A DNA stretch of 64,000 bases from Owenia fusiformis (taxonomy: Eukaryota), in contig CAIIXF020000001.1 of assembly GCA_903813345.2 (NCBI GenBank), forward strand, positions 26,350,001 to 26,414,000. Reading direction: 5' to 3'. The translations under genes and the position numbers were made by a program. The notes beneath the pieces were generated by a model. That model was not told the DNA's origin. It did not search any database and saw nothing but the letters and a program-made list of their open reading frames with translations. Shown here in pieces: positions 55,375-64,000 of the stretch; the first letter of the stretch is position 1, and the number at the start of each line of letters is the position of its first letter.

Positions 55375-55759
55375 CTACAATGATGAGAACAATGAAATAT
55401 CATTACATATTTCACAAGTCATTGACTGAGATAAATGATACTGTTTGATCTGCAACATGCTTAACTTGTTTGTTAGGTTTTGAATTTTTTGAAAAAAATC
55501 TGGAAATGGTTAAGAAAAGGCTAAGAATTGTGAATCGTGAGTATAAATAACAAACTGAAGATTTTTTCTTCTTTTGTTTGTAATTTATTTAAAAACTGCT
55601 TCAAAGTAAGGAAATTATACAACTCTGGTCTTTACCAATTTGAAGCCCCCTCAACTCAATGTTTTACTTCACAATCAGATGAGTTAAAGGTATGTTTAAC
55701 AAAGGGAGGGAGGGGGGTGGGGCGGAGCACAACTTCCTGTTCAAAAATGAAATGTGTAC

Positions 55760-55911
55760 CTCTGTCCTCCACTGAGTTCACTAAGAGAATCCTTCCAGAC
55801 ATCCCCAAATGCGACTTTCACCTCAAGTCCATCCAGAACCGATGCACCATCTTGTGGAGCCAGTTTAGCACTCGTCCCAGGAAGCAGTGTAGAGAAAATA
55901 GAACCAAAGTC
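55760..55911 (-). CDS. SMC2: SMC2 exon with ABC signature ([12 protein letters not shown]...[13 protein letters not shown])
   Basis: Manual translation shows LSGGQ; canonical splice sites. Confidence 0.97.
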
Positions 55912-56279
55912 CTGAAAATAAACATGAATGAAATACAGTAAAGTTCCTCTAAAATATATAGATTTTTATGATTACAAGTGGTGCAAGTTTAACACTTGGC
56001 AAAAGTGCCAAAAAGGGAAAGGTCAAAAAGTATTACAAAACACACAAGAAACTTCTAAGAGCACAAAAACAAACCACAAATACTCAATTCCAACCATTCA
56101 GGAATAAATATAACAATCCCAAAAAAATAACAAGCCCATGGGATATGTATATTTATATTGGTATATTTCATTACAAAAATATTAATAATGATACCCTTCA
56201 AAATGAATGCTTTTGTACATTGTGAGTTACCTTGCTGCAGGACATTGCATCCTCACTATAAAATGGATAATCTACTCAC

Positions 56280-56405
56280 TTTGTTGACCTGCTCATATGC
56301 TTGCTTCAGAGCTTCATTTTTCTTTTCGTCAAGTTCAGCTATCACAGATTCTATCTTCTTTTTATCATTCAGCACTATTTTTCTTTTCTTCATTAAATCA
56401 TTATA
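56280..56405 (-). CDS. SMC2: SMC2 exon ([42 protein letters not shown])
   Basis: Manual translation, 42 codons, phase 0/0. Confidence 0.95.
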
Positions 56406-56797
56406 CTGAAATAATAAATTGAATGAATAATATACATATGAAAACTAAATAATATTTGCTTTAGAGCTAAAACCATTGCTCACATCCTAGTTCCTCAGCA
56501 TATTAAATCTTTTCAATTCTTAAAGTATTTTTCAAGGAAGTTTACAACAATATTCCTCTTCCTTTCAAAATTAGCATAACCTGATGGATGAGAAGAAAAT
56601 GGTAAGTTATATTGTGGATTACCATTACATATTTTCTCAAATGCTAATCTCATTTCCAGTTTTGCCAAAAGTGAGTCAAAATACAACACACTTCCATGAT
56701 TTTAACTCTGTGAACACCCAGAGTAACGGATATGTAAGTCACAGAATTTTTCACTAAAATGGAACACTTTGTTCGATTGACACAGAATACATATTAA

Positions 56798-58306
56798 AAA
56801 CAAGAACACAAATGTGTACAATATGTCCCCACCAATGGGTGATCCCATCTAATGGTTATCCTGAAAATGAGTAGACAAGACTTTACTGCTACAATTTTGG
56901 AACGGAAAATGCAAAATGGCCACCTTAAAATTTACCAAGAATGCCCAAAAAATTAGTCAGTTCTAGATTTTCATACTAAGAATCATCCCTAAAAATTTGA
57001 AATTGATCTACCAAACAGTTCACCTGAAAACACGTAGACAAGACTTTACAGGCAAGATTTTAGTACGGAAAATCCAAAATGGCTGCCTTGACATTTACCC
57101 AGAATGCCAAAAAACTAATCAGATCTAGATTTTCATACTAAGAATCATCCCTAAAAATTTGAAATTGATCTACCAAACCCTTCACCTGAAAACGCGTAGA
57201 CAAGACTTTACAGACAAGATTTTAGGACGGAAAATCCAAAATGGCTGCCTTGACATTTACCCAGAATGCCAAAAAACTAATCAGATCTAGATTTTCATAC
57301 TAAGAATCATCCCTGAAAATTTTAAATTGATCTACCAAATGGTTCACCTGAAAACGCGTAGACAAGACTTTACAGACAAGATTTTAGGACAGAAAATCCA
57401 AAATGGCTGCCTTTACATTTATCCAGAATGCCAAAAAACGTATAAGATCTAGATTTTCATACTAAGAATCATCCCTGAAAATTTGAAATTGATCTAGCAA
57501 ACGCTTCACCTGGAAATGCATAGACAAGACTTCACAGACAAGATTTTAGGACGGAAAATCCAAAATGGCTGCCTTGACATTTACCCAGAATGCCAAAAAA
57601 CTAATCAGATCTAGATTTTCATACTAAGAAACATCCCTGAAAATTTGGAAATGATCTACCAAATGGTTCGCCTGAAAACGCATAGACAAGACTTTACAGA
57701 CAAGATTTTAGGATGGAAAAATCCAAAATGGCCGACAATAAAAAAGTGATTATTAGTTTTTGCTGATTTCTTTTTACAAAATTAGCACATATAACTACTG
57801 TTAACAATAACATAGGCTTTTACAATAAAGTACACCTGAAATTTTTTATAAAGCTACTAAATAGTCTAAGTATGAAAACTCAAAAACACCATTCAATATG
57901 ATACAAAGTATTATCGCACGCTAACTTTTCTAAGACATTCAAAATGGCTGCCATGACTGGGCTAACAGGTCCAAAACCTAATCAGATCTAGAATCAAGTG
58001 AGTTGAACAGGATGTTAAAGTTTTAAAAGCAACAGTGAAGCCATTTTTCTTAAAGTTTGCAGACAAGGATTTTAGCATTTGACTTCAAAATGGCCGACAG
58101 GAAGTAGGTATCGAGTTGAAACTTTTTCGTCCACATCTGTATGCACTCATAAGTTATCCCTGAAAATTTGAAGGTGATATCTGTAGCGGTTTAGGAGAAA
58201 ACTGCCGGACGTACGGACGGACAGACAGACAAACAGACAGACAGACGGTCGGACGGACGCGCCTAGGCCGACAATATGGCCCCACACTATGTGGTGGGGA
58301 CATAAT
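56798..58306 (-). mobile_element. Second HINE/DINE-1-like family, in an SMC2 intron, with a 162-bp internal satellite
   Basis: 13-bp subTIR TATGTCCCCACCA (56822-56834) / TGGTGGGGACATA (58292-58304); GACG/GACA microsatellite at 58208-58260; units at 56872, 57035, 57197, 57359, 57521, 57683; terminal hairpin acacaaatgtgt. Confidence 0.85.
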
Positions 58307-58341
58307 TAAAATGGGAAATTCAGACAAATTACAGTACCAAC

Positions 58342-58542
58342 CTGTTCCTCTGCTTTTCCTAACATGTTCATGGCCCGCATATTTACACTTTTCGATAATT
58401 TATCTTTTGTATCTTGTAGTTTTTGTATCCTTTTCCCAGCTTCTTTAGGATCTGTTGCATTAAAGTCATAGGCTGTATTAGTCTGTCCAAAATATTTTTT
58501 CTCATCAGCGATCCAATCATATTTTTGAATTAGGTGGTCAAC
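58342..58542 (-). CDS. SMC2: SMC2 exon (VDHLIQKYDWIADEKKYFGQ...VNMRAMNMLGKAEEQ)
   Basis: Manual translation, 67 codons, phase 0/0. Confidence 0.95.
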
Positions 58543-58629
58543 CTGTAAAAATAAATATATGAAGGATGAGCATTGAATTCACATAATTAAATATTCATTC
58601 ATTCATGTAAATGAATCAACACAAGGAGC

Positions 58630-58712
58630 ACATTCGTCTCGAACTCGTGGTTATGGCACCCAATCGCCTAGCCTGAACGTACTGGCGCTCAAGCCCTCTC
58701 GGCCAACTCAAC
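58630..58712 (-). mobile_element. tRNA-Leu(CAG)-like SINE head or tRNA pseudogene in an SMC2 intron
   Basis: Minus strand has A box TTGGCCGAGAGG, a CGTTCAGG anticodon-like loop and B box GAGTTCGAGAC; no acceptor-stem pairing. Confidence 0.6.
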
Positions 58713-58817
58713 AACCCCAAAAAAGGTTGTTTTGTCAGTCGATCTGACTAGATCAATATTTTCAGCTTTCAAATAATCAATTTATACACTTTAATATATA
58801 ACAAAAGGGTCACTCAC

Positions 58818-59012
58818 CTGGTTTGCAGCATCTTTGGCGTCTTTATTGGATTTGGTGATTTTGTGTTCCAGTTCTTGTTTCTCAAGTTCAGCTTCCTGAG
58901 CCTCTTGCCCTAGAACATGTTTCTGGTTGACACGTTCCGCTATCTCTTTATTCCTGGCATTCAATTCATCCTTCTTCTGCTTCAAAATTCTCTCAGCTTC
59001 CTTAACTTCGGC
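58818..59012 (-). CDS. SMC2: SMC2 coiled-coil exon (AEVKEAERILKQKK...AANQ)
   Basis: ORF 58791-59018 trimmed to ag/gt sites, 65 codons. Confidence 0.93.
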
Positions 59013-59275
59013 CTGCAATGATGATGTATTTTAATGGGGTTTGTTATTAGTATTAAATACAAAAGTTGAAACAAACTCTCCATACTTTTTTCAGTTTGGA
59101 AATCAAAAATAGAAGTGCAATATCTTAACAAAATTCTTGATTCAATAGTTGTGCCCAAAGGGCAAAATATGCCAATTTTTCATGATTTTCACAAATTGTT
59201 AACTTTGTGCAAATCCAAGCTATAAAGTGGGTGCTGCATTCTTTTTATTCAGTCACTATCCTATATAAACTTTAC

Positions 59276-59419
59276 CTGTGACTCAGCAGCAGCCTCCTTC
59301 ACTTGGACCAGCTGCTCTTCAAGACCTTTGATAGCTTCTTCCACTGCAAGCAACTGTTCCTCATAACCAGCCACCTCTTTCTTCATTTCCTCCACCTCCA
59401 GACGTATACTGTCAGCCTC
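59276..59419 (-). CDS. SMC2: SMC2 coiled-coil exon (EADSIRLEVEEMKKE...AAAESQ)
   Basis: Manual translation, 48 codons, phase 0/0. Confidence 0.93.
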
Positions 59420-59579
59420 CTGTAGGGGAACAAACATTACAGTTTTGCTGAGTCAGATTGCAATTATTACAACTCCTATACTACAGGGATAAGGGTTCAG
59501 AAGCATTATGAAGTTTATAATTTTTTTAAAAGTAATCAAATGCATTCTATCATTGGTTTTTGGACATTTTAGCATGATA

Positions 59580-60669
59580 CGAGGGGTGATCCAAAAGTCT
59601 TGGACGCCCTGCTCTCATTTTGTTGGTTTTGGATAAAATTACTTTAAACTTTCCAATAATAAAGACGAATGATCTAACTACTTTGTGTCCTCATTTCATG
59701 GTGAAATGATATATTTTATGTAGTTTTCTCGATAGTTATTAATATAGTGCCACCCTGCCACCCGGAACGGTATTCGCACATGGCAACTTTCAGCCTTAAA
59801 TGTTGCCACTATTTGACTGGTTTTGCAAGTCTTGACCACTATCTTTCCTTAAATTTTGAATGTTAAACCATGTTAGTCTACTTCCTTTGTTACTAGGGAA
59901 CCATTTAATTGTGTCTTAATCATGATGTCACACATGGCAATGGCCGTATATGTCAAGTTCTAAGAAAATGACATCAGACAATCAACACTCATTCTGTTGA
60001 CATTTTTGCTCCAAGATGGCTGCTGAAATGCAGGACATGAAAGAAATCAAAGTGGAACAAAGAATACTACAATATATTTCACTATTATTGACATTGAGCA
60101 GCTACCATATGCACGATACAGTCAAGATATGGCTCCGTGTGATTTTCTTCCTTTTCCTCAAGTTGAAAGGAGGGTTGGAAGAAAATGTTTTTTACTCATT
60201 AGATGAGGTTTAGAGTGGCACTCCAGCAGCAGTTGTATCACATAGGCAATGGCCGTTTCATAAATGTCTTTCATTCATTGGTAAAGCGGTATGAAAAATG
60301 TGTTCAAATTCGTGAAGAATATGTTGAAAAGTCTTAATATGTGAAGATGATAATGGCAGATGACACTCAGACTGAAAATAGGAAATTCTCTGATATCATG
60401 ACTGGTTTTAGGTTGTGCACCTGCACCTAAATTATTTGCCATATTATAACAGTTGTGACGTGATTTGCTATATTTAAATACCGTTCCGGGTGGCAGGGAC
60501 CCGGTAGCAAAAAATATTTAGAAAAGTAGCTAAAATATATTAGTTTCTGTTGAAACTCATACACAAAGTTGTTAAGATGTTGATCTTTATTATCTAAAAG
60601 TTTCATGTAATTATATTAAGAAATAGCAAAGTTAGAGCGGGGCGTCCAAGACTTTTGGATCACCCCTCG
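59580..60669 (+). mobile_element. Internally deleted mariner element in an SMC2 intron
   Basis: TA TSD; TIR CGAGGGGTGATCCAAAAGTCTTGGACGCCC; second inverted block at ~59753-59774 / 60477-60498; transposase relics inside. Confidence 0.92.
60016..60337 (+). pseudogene. Mariner transposase relic (N-terminus fused to a frameshifted C-terminus)
   Basis: MAAEMQDMKEIKVEQR; YSQDMAPCDF-FLFLKLK (compare YSPDLAPxDFxLF); LVKRYEKCVQIREEYVEKS*. Confidence 0.85.
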
Positions 60670-60860
60670 TATATATATATTTCGGCGAAGTTTGAATAAA
60701 TTGTTATTAAGGATGCTATTGTTTGCCAAAAAATTGTTATCTTGCATTATATATACTTGCTTATAATAGCAATTTTTATATAAAAATCAATAACCATAAA
60801 AGCAAAACTCTTTTATTTTATTAACTTCTTATATTCCAAGCAATTTAGGTCTACACAAAC

Positions 60861-61054
60861 CTGTTGTTTTTCTTTACTTTTCTTGTTGGATTCTTGCATC
60901 TTTTTCTTAGCTTTAGTGACAGCATCTTCTGCAGTCTTCAACTCCCTCTCCCTGACTGCCTTGGCATTGTTGACCTTCTCCTCCAGCTCTTTAGCCTTAT
61001 CATTGGCTCTCTTCTGACGACCTTCCGCTTCAGCAACCGTCTTCTGATCCTCAT
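60861..61054 (-). CDS. SMC2: SMC2 coiled-coil exon (EDQKTVAEAEGRQ...KEKQQ)
   Basis: ORF 60813-61067 trimmed to splice sites, phase 1/0. Confidence 0.93.
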
Positions 61055-61389
61055 CTAACAAATACACTCAAATTACATCATCTTTCCCCGACATTAATAC
61101 CCAATGAAACAGCTGAATAACCTAAGTAAAAACAGTAAACACTTTTGACAAGGGAATGGTGAAATTAGGGTTACATAAGACGGAGACAATTTATATAGAG
61201 GACTGACAAATCCAAGGCAGTCAACGTCAAAGACATCAAAGACAACTAGACTTGTCAAATCAACTCATTCTTTCGAGTTTGAAGTCAAATATACTCATTG
61301 TATAATGAATGTCAATATTATTGAAAAATGTTAGTCCACAAGAAAAATTACTCAAATGTCTAAAATGATGTCAGGTAGGAAAGTCTCAC

Positions 61390-61514
61390 CAATGGTTTTC
61401 TGCATCTCATTCACTTCCTCCATCTGTTGGTGATGAGTTCCTTGTCTCAATCTCTCTTCTAACAATTCAACCTCATGGGCCTTCAAGTCAAACTGCTGTT
61501 TCACTTCACGGAAC
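61390..61514 (-). CDS. SMC2: SMC2 exon (FREVKQQFDLKAHEVELLEERLRQGTHHQQMEEVNEMQKTI)
   Basis: Manual translation, phase 2/1. Confidence 0.93.
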
Positions 61515-61813
61515 CTGAAATGCCACAAAATATTGTTTTATTTGCTTAAATTGTTAATCTTTATTTTAGAAATCTTTTAAAAAACATCAATTTTAAAGAT
61601 ATGTTTGAACGTCCTACTATTTTAACAAAAGTTGAGATTTTCAAATCATTAAATACTCCATATTAATACTTATAATAAACAGATTATTATCTGAATGCCA
61701 TTGAAAAGATTGAGTAAAAGTAATAAAATTTTGACGATTCATTTATGTTCATGTTTATAACTTATTTTACGCCATGTCAGGATGTCAGGCACTATTTCTT
61801 GAAAAAGGCCTAC

Positions 61814-61949
61814 CTTTCGGCAACCTTCTTGAGTCCATCAAGTTCTTTTTCAACCTTCTGGAAAGCTTGTTTCTTCTCATTCAGAGATTCTCTAGCTTCT
61901 TTTACATCTCCCAATTTGGCCAGGATGGATCCAGTCTTGGGACGTGCAC
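61814..61949 (-). CDS. SMC2: SMC2 exon (GARPKTGSILAKLGDV...KKVAER)
   Basis: Manual translation, phase 1/2. Confidence 0.93.
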
Positions 61950-62298
61950 CTAAAATATACCATGTCAAGTGCGTTAATGGTTAATGCAGAACTTAAAGTT
62001 TCATCTGTCATTTCATGAAGAGTATACAGCATAAAGAACATTATTAGTACATTACTTCAAATTCAGGCCTCCTAGACTTCAACTCACATGGTTGTCAGTC
62101 CCAACCTCGCTGACCTCATTCCTCCACCCACAATGCGAATATCAGTTTTTAAGTCCTGAATGACCAGTTCTTTTCTCTCGAACTTATTTCTCCACTCGCG
62201 CATCGAGTCCCCACATTATGAAAACTGGTGATCATGTGAGTCGAACTCTAGGAGGGCTGAAGCTCACCTCACCCAATCTCCCAACATTGCCAAAAATC

Positions 62299-63483
62299 CA
62301 CTACGGGCAAATTATTGATATGACGCGCCAATTTCGTCTTATGCTTTTCACTCTAAAACCTACCGCTAGGTGTTCACGCGCTCCCGGTCTATACTTCTTG
62401 TAAAACCCGCTTTCTTGGTGAGCAGAATAGAATTGCTTAAAATTAACAGATTTTTCTGATTTTTTCAATGGTGGTACTAGGGGGTCTCTACTGCATGTTT
62501 ATCTAAATTATAAGTTGCTATGGTGTCAAATGTTTTCGTCATCTTTCTGTAAATAACCTTGAAAACATCGTGAGTGCAAAATTGTTGCGTCAAACAGACA
62601 TGTTTAGGTTGGTCGCAGGAGAAGCCGTTTTACACCACTGTTCTTGGACGGATTCCGAAAATAATTTCACGACAGTAATCATTATGAATGTAAGTATTAA
62701 AGTAATTAAATTCACATCCATACTATGAGTGTAAGTTATGTTTTCTTATGTCTAAATATCGAGGAATGAACTGCGCTGGCAGTCAGAAATAAACTTTTGA
62801 TGATTGAACCGTTCAATGTATAGCGTAAACTTTAGACGGACAATTCAATAACTTAATGTGAATGGATTTTTAAATAGATTTCAGATTCATGATCATATTA
62901 ATATGTAGATTAGAGGGTCTTTATTTTATAATTCTATGATCTAAATGTACTGAGTAGTGGGTGCATCAACATTACGCATTGGCAACGCTTTTCTCAAGTG
63001 AAATCAGACGAAGCTCACGCGTAAACATTGACCAACGTTTGTGTTTACACAGTCGTATTTCAAAAGTAAAGCATTATTTTAAAAATCTAAAACGATACGA
63101 TTGCGATTTAGAGTTTCTAGTTTTTGAATATGTGAATTTAAATTAATTTTATTTATAAATGAAAAAAATGAACCAAGGGTGAAAGTATGACTATCCATAG
63201 ACGTCCTTGGACTATCAAATCGTTCGTTTTAATGACTTGACCAAATGTAGCAAAATGTAGCAAACTGGGAAGTACATTATAAACATACGACTTTTACACA
63301 CGCACGGACGTATAAGAGCCAGATAAGTACAGCTGTGCACGTTCTCCAAATAAAAGGTCTCAATCTTTCTCCATTGACGGTAACATAATAATTCTGCACC
63401 TGGAGATGCAACATTTCGTCCAGTGCGATCGTGATCAGCGCACCTAGCGGATGGCGCGTCATATCAATAATTTGCCCGTAGTG
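62299..63483. mobile_element. Non-autonomous CACTA (EnSpm/CMC) element in an SMC2 intron
   Basis: Perfect 32-bp TIR CACTACGGGCAAATTATTGATATGACGCGCCA and 3-bp TSD ATC. Confidence 0.92.
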
Positions 63484-63507
63484 ATCAAAGGAGACAAAAG
63501 AACTTAC

Positions 63508-63712
63508 CTCCAGTAAGAGTTCCAGCAGGATCAAATGAGTCTCCTTCAAGAGTGACACATTTCTTCATGACATCCTTGTCATATGCAACCTTCTTGGCAG
63601 AGTTCATATCTTTGCAGATCAGGGCATTCCCAAAGACATACTCCATGGCAGATCTTAGCTCAGGTTTATACTCCACCAAGCTCAGGGCTGTGTGTACATC
63701 ATTTTTGCCAAC
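63508..63712 (-). CDS. SMC2: SMC2 hinge exon ([15 protein letters not shown]...[18 protein letters not shown])
   Basis: SMC hinge motif VTLEGD...GTLTGG, phase 0/1. Confidence 0.96.
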
Positions 63713-63945
63713 CTGGAGATTATTTAACATTAAAGCAGGGTGCAATGTAAGTGCCGACCCAGAGGCTTCTAACACTTGAACCAATTTGCAACATGACAAA
63801 TTGTGATACTATTTCATTTACACATACGATTGTATTAGATATTTTAGAAGAAAAATTGAAATGTAAGCGTACTGATGTCCTGAATAAATAAGATTTTGCT
63901 TTATTTTCTGAAGACAATCATGTAATGTGCTTAAATGATACATAC

Positions 63946-64000
63946 CAAGGATTCTGCCTTTCTGGCTACATTGTCTGGTATTGGTCTGGATGAAATCTTG
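63946..64000 (-). CDS. SMC2: SMC2 hinge exon, truncated by the window edge (KISSRPIPDNVARKAESL)
   Basis: Donor TTG|gtatgt, phase 0; peptide fits the hinge sequence expected before the next exon. Confidence 0.88.

Noticed and set aside
55537-55941. 134-aa + strand ORF
   Set aside because: Antisense to an SMC2 exon and the adjacent intron.

Overview
AT-rich animal genomic DNA. It is probably a mollusc or other lophotrochozoan, inferred from the repeat types and GT-AG intron style. Two convergent genes are present. (1) On the + strand is a large, mostly disordered scaffold gene. Four phase-compatible coding exons (15631-19069, 38404-39074, 47679-49318, 49572-49761) give about 1979 aa before any upstream exon. 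It carries six ES/T-x-I-x-x-E-I/L-R...ERE repeats and a KRKSLLAAQWEAKI C-terminus resembling vertebrate MISP/PALM2-AKAP2 proteins. Several short ATG-to-donor candidate first exons suggest nested alternative promoters. (2) On the - strand are the last 12 exons of condensin subunit SMC2 (54777-64000), with splice phases consistent throughout. Introns and the intergenic space hold non-autonomous mobile DNA: two complete Helentron-type (HINE/DINE-1-like) elements with internal satellites, a 3-kb solo-LTR-like element with a TATA/Inr promoter and a ~90-bp array, an internally deleted mariner, CACTA and Harbinger-like MITEs, long palindromes and tRNA-derived SINE heads. I saw no prokaryotic-type system such as CRISPR. 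Family assignments come from remembered motifs, not database searches.
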